From positions 682,001-746,000 of the forward strand of contig CM102286.1 of assembly GCA_046563655.1 (NCBI GenBank): a stretch of DNA of 64,000 nucleotides, in the 5' to 3' direction. A program made the position numbers and the translations under genes. Positions 49,979 to 64,000 of this stretch are shown here, one piece after another; positions within the stretch are counted from its first letter, which is position 1; each line of letters starts with the position of its first letter. This DNA is from Yuukianura sp. NJ FZ-2021 (Eukaryota). The notes beneath the pieces were generated by a model. That model made no database searches. It saw only the letters and a list, made by a program, of their open reading frames with translations, and had not been told where the DNA came from.

Positions 49979-51370
49979 CAGTCGACCTGAATGAGCACGA
50001 GCAGCTGCATTGTGTTGCCAATGGCGTATTCCATGTAGAGTGTTATCGTGTCATTAGTAATTCGCATGTAGCTTCCCATTTTGCCCGAAATTGGTTGGCA
50101 AGACGTCGTTGCACATCTTCTGACTAGTGCGCCGCTCCGATTCTTGCCCTCTTCCTTGCGTGCTGTGATCCGCCAATGTGACAGAAGCGCCTGACTTTGT
50201 TGAAACATTTGCCCACCCATGCGCATGATTGCAAATTCCATAATCCATAGCCAAATTTTGACAATAGGGAAAATCAAAAAGGCGGCAAGAGGGAGATGGT
50301 GGTATAATTTAATTGCCAAAACACCAAAAATCACATGGCAGGTGAACATAAGGAATGGAAACAGCGTCAGAAGCAGCGGGGAAAAACTAATGTTGAATTT
50401 CCGATTGAGGACTTGAAGTGAGCGGTAAATGAAAAATTGGTCGTCAAATGTCAGAAATTTTAGTTTTGAGTTAGTTTCTTCTTTGACAGTTCCGGCTCTA
50501 CGACACAAAAATGTTTAGTAAATTTTCAAACTAGAAAAAACATAATCTTTTAAAAAAAGTTTGGGTTTTATGCCTCATTGCGACGAAAATTCTTGAATTG
50601 ACTCGAAAGTAAACCATCAAAATTTCTGTCACAAAGAAAAGTTGTTGCCAAATGCACAGACACATACAATAATCCAGTATTCCAAAAAATGACAAAACGG
50701 GCCACGTTTCTCGAAGAGTCGGGTCAAGCAGAGAGCTGATGAATTGCGGCGACGCAGCACAAGAGTACACGATGAAAAAATTCACCCAAGTTGATATCCA
50801 CGGGGAAAGTGGAAAAAGTTGTAACAAGAATTCAGCGATGTCTGGACGTTCCGGTACGGTTACTTTCACTTTTTTATTTACATTCTTTTCCACCTTTCCA
50901 AGTCTTTCTGAAAAATTAGTTTTTGATTTTAGGTGCGCGGCCTTTATAAAAAAAAAATAAGTTTAACAATTTAAAAGTTAAAATTTGTTAAATTTACCCT
51001 CCATCTTCTGCATGAAGAAAAAGAGACTGTTGATAAAGTCTAAAATTTCTTGTCTTCTGTGGTAAAAGCAAAAGTGACCAGCGACAACAAGCGCCAATCC
51101 GATGACCCATGCCATGTGAATGGCGAAATGAACTTTGTTGATGTCATTCATATCTCGACTGACCAAAATTTGGCAAAAACGAAAGTGGATGAATCCACAA
51201 TACAGGACTTCGCCTAGAAAATTACAATTGTACAGAAATTTGTCTTTGGCGCTTGAAAAGTGGCGCATTAATCCGGTGGTTTTATCGAATTCGTACGGAA
51301 TTGCTTTCACTAGAGAACTCAATCTGATTTGAAGTTTGACGCTTTCCAGTGATTTTTTGTGTAAAAGCAT
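49978..51370 (-). CDS. Divergent 7TM chemoreceptor-like protein, pair 2 copy A; exons 51370-50998, 50907-50574, 50497-49978
   Basis: Multi-TM protein; YRSLQVLNRKFN and C-terminal SCQPISGKMGSYMRITNDTI resemble GR/OR-like receptors. The intron 2 donor is GC where the paralog has GT. Confidence 0.65.
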
Positions 51371-52023
51371 ATCTTTCTCCTCCTTCTCTAAAAAGTGTAA
51401 AACCAAAACCTGGAAACTCAAATGTCAAATGTGCTAGGGAATTTGAAAATTTTCTGACCCATTTATATCTACAATTGTGAGATACGATCAATTTAGTGAA
51501 CCATGTGGAAATTTGGTTTCATTTTTTAAATGCACCGAAAAGTTTGTCACACCCTCTTTACTGCCAAATCTAATAATAGCTTCGCTATTATAATAACAGG
51601 CATTAAGTTGACTAACAATTAAATTTAAACTGTTTACCCGAAACTTTGGAAATTAAACTGAAATGGACGCTTACTTTTCGCGTAATTTTCTCAATTTTTG
51701 GTAAAAAGCCAATTTCGAATCTGCCAGGAACTAGTTTCGAAATTGTATTTGCGGAAAAGTGGTTCAAGACAAATATCAGATTTCGGTTCTTATTTCCTAT
51801 CTCAGATTCGGTTGTAAGATTTCCATCTAATATGGGATACCAATCGACAAGGTTCCACGTGGCACCTTAAGTAAATAACTTTGTAACTTTGTATAACGTA
51901 CGTTATACAAAGCTATTTTTTAAAACTTTTAAATTTTTAAACTTTCTTTGTCTTATTTTCTAACAGCAACTAACTAAGATATTCCTTTCCGATGTCCTTT
52001 CAGGGCAAAGGTCATCATTGACT

Positions 52024-53606
52024 TTAGTCCACCTTCATGATCATAAGCAGTTGCATCGTGCTGTCAATGGCATACGACATGTGGAGTGTTATTGTTTCAT
52101 GCGTAATGCGCATGTAGCTGCCCAGGTTTGCTGCAATTGGTTGGTAAGAAGTTATTGCCGATTTTGTACGCAGTGCGACTGCGTCTGCTCCAGATTTCCC
52201 GTCGTCCTTGCGTACAGTAGACCGCCAGTGTGCTAAAAGTGCATGGCTTTCTTGAAACATTTGTCCCCCCATGCGCATGATTGAAAATTCCATAATCCAC
52301 ACCCAGATTTTGACGATTGGAAAATGCAAAAAGACGAAAAGAGGGAGATGTGAGTACAACTTAATGGCAGCCACCCCGTAAACGACGTCGATGCTAAAAA
52401 GAGCGAGGGGATACAGTGTTAAAAGCATAGGGGAAAAACTGATGTTGAATTTCCGGTTGAGTACTTGAAGAGAGCGGTAAATCAAAAATTTGTCTTCAAA
52501 TTTTAGCGGCTTTATGATTTCTCCCTCCACTTTTCCGGTTCTAAAAAAAGATTTGTTGATAAGTTCCCTTCATTTTCACCACTGATTTTTAGTTTTGATT
52601 TTGAACGTTTATGTCAAGGTTCCTAAAAAAAAGATACCCTTTTCTACACCATGTTGACCAATAACTCGAAGTTTTAAAATTTGTTTGAAAGTAGCAAATC
52701 TGCCTTTCTATGGTAAATGGGATTGGTGCTAAATTGGTGCTAAAAGTTGTTTGAAGCAAGATTTTTGAAATTCCTGAGTTATTAGACAACCTGTTGTAGG
52801 AAATATAATTCGGTTGCCAAGGAACCTTGTTTTATGTATTACCGCATTGCAATAAAAATTCTTGAGTTGACACGAAAGTACACCATCAAAATGCCTGTAA
52901 CGAAGAAAACTTGTTTCCAAATGCAGATGACTAAAAAGTAATCCACCATTCCAAAAAATGACAAAACTGGAAAAGTTTCACGAATTTCGGGTTCAAGTAG
53001 AGAGGTCACGAATTGTGGCGACGCAGCGTAAAAGTAAACGACGAAAAAATTGACCCAAACTGTAATCCACGGTGAAATTGGAAAAATTTGTAACAACAAT
53101 TCGGCAATGTCTGGACGTTTCATTGCTGCTGCTTTTTCATTTTTTTCATCTTTTTCACCAATTGCCAGTTTTTCTGAAAAGAAATTCTAGGTTTTAGGTC
53201 CCGCATTTTGAAAAATTGCTGAAATTTTACCTTCCATTTTTTCCATCAGGAAAAAGAGACTGTTGACAAAATCAGCAACTTCCTGTTTTCTGTGGCAAAA
53301 GCAAAAGTGGCCAACGACAATAAGCGACATTCCGGAGACCCAAGCGACGTGAATGGCCAGATGAACTTTGTTGAGTTCTTCGAACTCTCGCGTGGCCAAA
53401 ATTTGGTAGAATCGGACATAGACGAATCCAGCATACAAAAGTATGCTTATAAAGTTACAAGCGTAGAGAAATTTGTCTTTGGCGCTTGTAAATGGTGTCA
53501 TATGTCCTGACCTTTTGTCTACTTTGTACGGAATTGCTTTTACAAAAGAACCCATTCTGAGCTGAAGTTTCACTCTTTCCAGTGATTTTTTATGTAGCAA
53601 AAGCAT
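52024..53606 (-). CDS. Divergent 7TM chemoreceptor-like protein, pair 2 copy B; exons 53606-53231, 53173-52843, 52540-52024
   Basis: In-frame GT-AG splicing; clear paralog of 49978-51370 with the same intron phases (1, 2). Confidence 0.7.
52641..52829 (+). mobile_element. Helentron/HINE-like short element (third copy) in intron 2 of receptor pair 2 copy B
   Basis: TTTCTACACCATGTTGACCAATAACTC ... GAGTTATTAGACAACCTGTTGTAGGAAA imperfect inverted repeat, then hairpin CAAGGAACCTTG (52818-52829) and a T run. Confidence 0.5.
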
Positions 53607-54000
53607 TTGTGACAACTTTTTTCTTTTTTTTTTAATCAAATTTTGCAAATTCAAATGTGCTTCTCAGAGTTTGACAAGTTTTCAGGTCAATTTATACTCC
53701 AATTGTTTGTACAATTTAATTTTGTTAAACATGGCACAGTCCAAGGTAAATAGAATACTAGTCTTGTTAAATTTTGTTTAACAAATTAAACTGTACGACT
53801 TAACTGTATCGATTACCGGTGGGAGTCCAAATACAAATTGGACAAATTGAAACTCTTGTAAAGTAAGAAATTGGCTTGAATTTTTCATACAAAGTTTTTA
53901 AGGGCATGAGGTTCCTAATCACTAAATTTAATTGAAAAGATCAATAATTGGTTTTATGTTTCTTGACTAACATTAACAAACAAATTTTTTAGTGATTAGA

Positions 54001-54902
54001 AATAGATAAAATGTTACGTTATTGCAAAACTGTTAAGTAAAATTGTTTCATTGTAAGTTTTGGAATCCATGCCCAGCTACATGTTTTGAGCGATGGTACT
54101 GTAAGAGGCAACTTTTTGTCCAACCAACGTCATTTACACTTATGGGTTGGAGTAAGGCGTAACGAGAGTTCAGACTGAAACAGATGACAGATTAGTAATC
54201 TGTAATCGTATTCTGTGTAATCGTGTAATCGAAACCCTTGTAATCGAAAATGGCCTGATTTCTTCTGTACCCTAAGGTTAGGTTAGCCTTGCTACTTAAT
54301 TAGTTAACGATTTTGTGGAACTCTACCTTCCCATGTGTAGATCGTCTCCAATTTGACTTGCCCGCTTGACCTTTGACATGCTGAAGTGCTAAAACATAAC
54401 TTAATTGCTCAACGTTTTTGGCAAAAAGTAAATCACAAACAAAAACAAAACCGAAACTCTTGTTTTGTTTACAAAAACAGACGAAAAGAGTGATTTTCAA
54501 ATTGCACTTCTTACAGATACAAAACATACTTCTAAAGGGATTCACACTTTGAACCGAGTGTGATTTGGAATTGAAGATACGTTTACGTCTCCCGTATGTC
54601 TCACGTATCTTTTTGATTTTTACGTTAACGTAAGTAGATACGTTTACGTATCTCAAGCTCTTCACGTATCTTTTTGGAAAAGATACGTGATACGTTTACG
54701 TTTTCAAGATACGTGGGCTGCAGATAACTGCCTAATAGATAAAATGTTACGTTATTGCAAAACTGTTAAGTAAAATTGTTTCATTGTAAATTTTGGAATC
54801 CATGCCCAGCTACATGTTTTGAGCGATGGTACTGTAAGAGGCAACTTTTTGTCCAACCAACGTCATTTACACTTTTGGGTTGGAGTGAGGCGTAACGAGA
54901 GT
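54001..54902. repeat. 169-bp near-identical direct repeat (54001-54169, 54734-54902) flanking a 564-bp repeat-rich spacer
   Basis: Both copies run AATAGATAAAATGTTACG...GGCGTAACGAGAGT with only a few substitutions. Confidence 0.85.
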
Positions 54903-55415
54903 ACTAAGTTTAACTGTGGCTACAATGTGTGGTTACACTAAGGCAACTTGTTACCACTTAATGATTTTGGTTAGGCTATGAAAGTGGCTACTCAAGTTGC
55001 CACTCAGATGTAGCGTAGCCACCTCTATGCCAGATGTAGTCACTAAAGATGATGGAATGACTACACCTTGAAATTTTCAGGGTTGTTTGTTATTCGTTAC
55101 TTCCTACAATTTTTGGGTCACTTTGTGTTTTGTGTAGTAAAAGTAAAGTGTAATTCGATTACTCATCCATATCATCAAATTACTTTCACATTTCACTTGA
55201 AATTCCACATCTTCTTGAATTACTTTTGTAAAGTTAACAGTTAAATCTTCATTACGTAGAGAAAGGGGCGTGATTCATTTTAAGGTTAGACTTTATTCAA
55301 GTCTTCGCTACACCAAGCCAAATTGACAGGTCAGTCGAACTGCTGATTTTGTAAACATGACCTAATTTTACATAAATTCTAATTTCTTCGTGTGTGTTTG
55401 CAGATTTCTAGTCAA

Positions 55416-56375
55416 ATGGCAGGCTCCGGATCGTCTAGTTTCAATTATCAGAAAGGGAGTTCATTCTTTGCTTTGGAAGATGACGTACACGTAGATGATG
55501 CTGAATTTCTGAAACCAGCAAGAAATCTATCCAACTCACCAATTGCGCAACGTCGTCAAGAACTTATACAAGAAAGGACAAAGATTGAAGAGCGAACTGT
55601 ACAGTCTTCCATGCGGTCAATCTCCCTACTTAACGAGTCTGAAGAAATTGGAATAAGCACAGCTGAGGTAAAGTAACTAAACTAATTTCTAATTAACTAG
55701 TAATTGAAGAGTCTGATTAAGTACTCGTAGTCCTAGAACGACACTTTGAGAGTAATAATTTAAACTTTTCTTGCAGGAATTAGCTCGACAACGAGAGCAA
55801 CTACAAAACACTGAACAGAAACTTGATGAGATCAACTCCGTATTACGGATTAGTCAACGTCACATCCAAGGTATAAAGGTGAGTCTCTAAAATTACGTTT
55901 AAAATGCAAATTCTACAATTTCTGTAATTTTGAATTTGATGAACTGTTGCAGAGTGTATTTGGTGGAATCAAAAACTATTTTTCTGCCCCTCCGAAACCG
56001 CTTGTGCCAGTTAAAGAAGAAAAACAAAGTGGTGGTACAGAGGCTAAGCTAAACGGAAGTGCTGCTGATCAATTGCTGAAGTTTAGTTCCAGTCCCAATG
56101 TTGTCTCGCCCGTTAGCAGTCCAACTTACAAACCGGACGGGCCAAGTACTGCTAGATCTTCTATGCCTCGAGATCGAAGTGTGGATGACATCTTGGATGA
56201 CAATCTGAGTATCATGGGAGATTCACTCAAGCGGCTCAAGGGACTTGGACTTTCACTTCAAACGGAAATTGAAGATCAGAATGACATGGTGGAGAGAATC
56301 ATTGGGAAGACTGAGAAGGTGGATATACGAATCCAAGGACAAAATCAACAGATGAACAAAATTCTCAAAAAGTAA
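55416..56375 (+). CDS. SNAP29: Synaptosomal-associated protein 29 (Qbc-SNARE); exons 55416-55667, 55777-55878, 55953-56375 (258 aa)
   Basis: Two SNARE coiled coils (ESEEIGISTAEELARQREQL...SQRHIQGIKSVFGG; LDDNL...LKGLG..LQTEIEDQN); no palmitoylation Cys cluster; N-terminal DVDDAEFL. Confidence 0.9.
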
Positions 56376-57847
56376 ACTGCGGGTCAACAGAGATAACCGA
56401 GAAGCATGGTGTTGCAACACTCCAAATCCTCAATTAGAAATAGTCACTCGCTGATAATCGTTCGACATAAACAGCTTGCGTTCGCCTCATTCCTACACCT
56501 TTTGGACTTCTTCTAATTTCACTTAGTTACACTTTGTATTTTGCTTAGCTCGTCTATAATTTCCAAGGAACTGATCACTGATCACTTATTAGTGGTGATC
56601 AGAAGAGGTGCGATTTACGCTCAATTCCAAATGCAATCAGTTTCCAAATTACCATTGTGTTTATTTCTAAGAACTCGCAAAACTGATTATGTATTGAATC
56701 CATAGAGGTAGATAATAAAATCAATCGGATGTTCTAATCTGAGTTTTCAGAGTTTTAGTCAATATTCCTCATTTCCTCTGGCCAACATAGACAGGTGCAT
56801 AACTGGATATTTCTATTCCTATCATCACATGTCAAGTTCTTTCCTCAGAAGTTACGTGAGTAGTAATTAAGTTTCAATTAACGAAGGCATGACTTAGCGC
56901 AGAAATGGATTTCGTTGTTTAGCTCTTGCATCTAAAGAAGGGGATGGGATGGAAGGCGTTGGCGTGAGAAAGTTTCCTACTGGCTGGAACAGGGGGAGGG
57001 GCAGATGGTTTTTCGAAGTTCAAGTGAAAAGGTGGGACAGATAGTGGAGAAGTCCATGTGCTAAAAAGTTAACGTTACTTTTACATGTATCAATTTGAAT
57101 TGTTAAATAGTTCTGGATTTGCATGTGATTCAACTAAATAACAACGCTATTAACGCTGATTAGTTGGAAGGAAGAAAGTCATTTGATTTGCCCAGCGCCC
57201 TACTACAACAGTAGCAAAAGTACAGTACAGCGACAACAAGTGACAATTGTTACGGTACGTTCAGTACGTTGCGTTGAACAGATGTCACACAGTGTGACCT
57301 GATGCTAATCCAGCGATGTGACTCACACACAATCACAACTATGGATTAGCATAATCCCATTGATAAAGTATTGACAAGACCAAGTGACTAAATTTAAATT
57401 TTGGCAAGGGTCATGGGTCACCACATCATTCGATCCTTCTGGTCATAGTTCATTTACTTAATTAAAATTAATTACACGTTCAGTAATTTAATTTGGATTT
57501 AAAACACTTCAAAAAGATTAAACTCTTGTCTAGCGGTGTGTGGCCTTCTTCTTCGAATCGCATCAAGTGCGAGTCAAGTGTCGTTTTGCAATCAGTACTG
57601 TTGTAACTTCTTCTAACTACAATAGGCGGGTCATGTTAACTTTTGTAATTAATTGTATTTCTGTTTGTTGAGTCGCAGATCGTAATATCAAAATCAATCG
57701 GCTGATTATCGGACAAATATAACTGGAAAGTTACTCATCTGTCAACAGTTGAATTTGCTGAGCATCAAAATCCAGTGCCGGAGTTTAATACTGCCAAACC
57801 TTCTGCGAATTGAATTGGATCCCCAGGAAAATTAAAATTGATCAATC

Positions 57848-61092
<3,245 letters not shown>

Positions 61093-61550
61093 TTCAGTCT
61101 TCAGACCAGCAAATCAACCTCCCATGGCACCATTTAGCAAAAACTACTTCACTAATTTATCAACAGACTTAAGCTTCTTGAGGGAACTCAGAATTACATT
61201 GTAGTTTTAAGGCGAAAGAATGCCGGAAACCAGAAATTATTTTTATATTATCCAGGCAAAGTCAAACACACTGCCACCAAGTCATTCATAAAGTGAAACC
61301 AAATCACAAAGAGAGGCCAATTGCAAGGCAGAATCATGAAAAGAATGTTTGAAATTAATGTTTTGTTGCTGAAAAGCTTTAATTAGTCAGCAGTTACCGC
61401 ATCGTATTGAGTGATCCAGCAAAATGTTTGTGATACAGTAGTCACTATTAGATTAACTTTTGAATCTAACGTAGTAAAAGGTAATTGAATTGAAAACAGA
61501 ATCGGCATGAGCATCTGGAATTTCAACTTTTAAAATTTTGTAAATTAACT

Positions 61551-62960
61551 TTATTCACTATCCTGTGGATACACCACTCCTAGTTGCTTTCGTACAGATT
61601 CCATAATTTCAGCGAAGAGTAAAGTGTCATGGTGGGAAACAATTGGACTCTGGGTAAGACCTACACAAAAATTTTAAGATTTTCAAAAACTGAAAAAAAA
61701 ATTGACACTTTTTTTTATACATGAGTGCTTGAGCTTACCATTTTGAATACATCGTCGTACTTCGTTGCACTGGAAGGCCAATCCAACGCTGTTTCCAAAG
61801 TTAAATTCACGTCCAACTTCCGGCAATGGAAAGTCAGTTACTCCCGCCGGCGTTTCGACTCTGGTAGAACTCCAAAACGGACTGTGAAGCTATAAAAGGA
61901 AGATTACGGTAAAAACGATTTTGAAAAAATTATTCAAGACATATTTCTACGCATAATACCTTAATCGTTCCTTTTGTTCCAACAGCGAATGCTTCGTTCG
62001 GTAGAGTACCGTGGCTATGGGTGATGAACGTTCCAGTTTTGCCACCTTCGTAAAGTAAAGTGACACTCGTACTTTCATCAACACCGTCAGTATTTGTGTG
62101 TCCACCGGCAAGTATCTTGACCGGTTTTTCACCATTGAACACATACGAGATGAACTGGATACAGTAAATACCAATGTCCAGAGTTGTACCACCGCCAAGA
62201 TCCTTCAACCTTAAAAATGGTAGGCAACGTTTAAACAATTTCTGAAAACGTTTTTCAAAAATTCAAAATCTACTCAAAACGTTTTTATTTGAATAGATTT
62301 GATGCTTACCTCAGGCGATCGACGTCCTTGATCGGTACTCCGAAAGTTACAAAAGCTTGAACCACATCACCAATAGCTTTTGATTCCAGTTCTTCTCGTA
62401 GTCGCTGATAAGACGGGAAGAATCGACTCCATACTGCCTGATAGATACAGTTTAAATTGTTAAAAGGTTAAGTTCTTAAAAGTGAAACATTGTTGAAACG
62501 TTAAAGTTTACCTCCATGAGGAACAATTTCTTTTTCTGCGCATAGTCCAGTACTTCCTTCGTTTGTTTGACGTTCATACACAGCGGTTTTTCGCATAGAA
62601 CGTGTTTGCCATGATCCAGAGCAAGGAAACATAGTTGACGATGGGTGGGATTAATTGCACCGATGTAAACTACATCTGTAATTGCAATTACAATTAGCAT
62701 TAATTACTTAATTACTTTAGTTATATTATGCGTTAATGATGTTATGCTTTGACTTTACCTACTGATGGATCCTTGACCAATTCTTCATAAGATCCATAGG
62801 CTTGTGGAATGGAGTGATCCTGTGCAAATTTTTGAGCAGATTCTAAATTTCTGGCAGCAACTGCAACGATTTGATGCTCGTTTGGATCCAGCGATAGAAA
62901 CGACGTTACAAAGTCATTTGCAATTTTTCCCGTACTGATGATTCCCCATTTTGTTGCCAT
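61551..62960 (-). CDS. DHDH: Trans-1,2-dihydrobenzene-1,2-diol dehydrogenase-like (Gfo/Idh/MocA); exons 62960-62759, 62675-62512, 62437-62310, 62209-61960, 61889-61739, 61660-61551
   Basis: MATKWGIISTGKIANDF, AYGSYEEL..DP.VDVVYIG, KHVLCEKPL, FLMEAVWSRFFP, LGGGTTLDIGIY, LGVVYPQD. Confidence 0.92.
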
Positions 62961-63424
62961 TTTTAAGTAGTTGGAAATTGAAATTTTCAAAATTTGTAAA
63001 TTTTATTTGTGGAGGTGATGATCGTTTCGTATGAAACCAGTTTTTATAGAGCGTCTGATACTTAAATGTAGTAAACTGAACCTCTTGAATTGTACTTGAT
63101 GATCTCACGTCGCGTGATTATGGCAGAACAAACAAGGGTTTACAAGTGTGAAGTCATTTTGTGCTAAATTGAATTAAACATAGTTTAACTTAATCTTAGT
63201 AAAAGTGGGTATACTGTCGCTGTCACAATTTGTCAGATAAAAGTGGTTACCGTATGATCCACAATTCGAGAAAATTCATTTTTTATAGGCGCCTTTAAAA
63301 AAATTATCTCATGGAAGGCAGATAAATTCTTCTTGCGTGTTCGACGACTGTTTGAGTTAACCAATTAAATTCAAATTCCTACTATAATAATTATAATTAA
63401 CTTTATTTATTAGGTTGTGTTAAA

Positions 63425-63500
63425 TTCTTGAAGCAGAAATACATCACTGTGAAAGGGTCACTTTGTGCTTTGCCTTTGACAGGTCATGCGCTTCACAGAA
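63425..63500 (-). promoter_or_regulatory. Eukaryotic SECIS element (type II) in the 3' UTR
   Basis: Minus strand: uucugUGAAGCgc AUGAC CUGUCAAAGG c AAA gCACaaaGUGac CCUUUCACAG UGAU guauuucu GCUUCAagaa. This gives helix I, the UGAC/UGAU non-Watson-Crick quartet, a 10-bp helix II with one mismatch, apical AAA and a mini-stem. It lies 57 nt after the stop and before AATAAA (63407-63402). Confidence 0.82.
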
Positions 63501-63557
63501 GTTGACAACTTTTTCCCCCCATAATTTTATAATTTTATGAATTTGTAATTTTATACT

Positions 63558-64000
63558 TTAAGAATTTGCTTTGAGACAGTCCAGCACTTGTGTCATTGTG
63601 GGTCGATCGAATGGATCTTTGGAATTGTACTGGAAAACGACAGTTCCATTTTTATCCAGAATCACATCTCCCGCCAATTGGAATGGATCGTCTCCAGGAT
63701 CTGGACAGCGACAAGTGAGACCAAACTTCTTAATTGCAGTTTTAACTGTGTCCGAACATCGGCTCTATTCAATACAATTTTCAAATTAACTAAAAACTTA
63801 ATATTTTTCCTGTAAAATTTGTTTTGTTTACCTGGAACATGGATTTGAACATTCCGAAATGCGTAAAAGCGTGACGGCCCTGCGACTGATCCAGATAAAA
63901 ATCAAAAATAAATCCCGTGTCTTCTCTCCATTGCAGTGCATCGGATTCTATTCCATACGACACTATGACGACCCTGCATCCAATGGCATCCAACTCGCTC
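63558..64000 (-). CDS. SELENOL: Selenoprotein L-like / AhpC-TSA thioredoxin-fold protein, 3' portion; exons >64000-63832 and 63764-63558
   Basis: SELDAIGCRVVIVSYG...WREDTGFIFDFYLD...FGM | ...DDPFQLAGDVILDKNGTVVFQYNSKDPFDRPT matches the recalled C-terminal half of SelL/PRXL2-type proteins. A SECIS follows; the redox motif is outside the window. Confidence 0.68.

Overview
Eukaryotic, AT-rich, intron-containing animal DNA, not prokaryotic. The arthropod-type genes, short 60-90 nt introns and tandem divergent chemoreceptor-like genes suggest a hexapod such as a springtail (inference). Left to right: an intronless Endo H-type GH18 endo-beta-N-acetylglucosaminidase (missed by the ORF track) next to an arginase-fold formiminoglutamase, both horizontal-transfer candidates; two tandem 3-exon 7TM chemoreceptor-like genes; two small secreted orphan proteins (one with three internal beta-trefoil-like repeats, one all-helical); a ~36-kb RhoGEF2/ARHGEF11-12 gene (PDZ-RGS-C1-DH-PH) with several candidate internal first exons and many small transposons in its introns, including a hAT element filled with a 35-bp palindromic array; a DRAK-like kinase with DFE in place of DFG, surrounded by perfect AGGTCAnTGACCT palindromes; a second chemoreceptor-like pair; SNAP29; glycerol kinase; DHDH; and the 3' part of a selenoprotein L-like gene followed by a canonical-looking SECIS hairpin. 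Exon boundaries were inferred by hand from GT-AG sites and reading-frame continuity. Family assignments rest on recalled motifs, not database searches.
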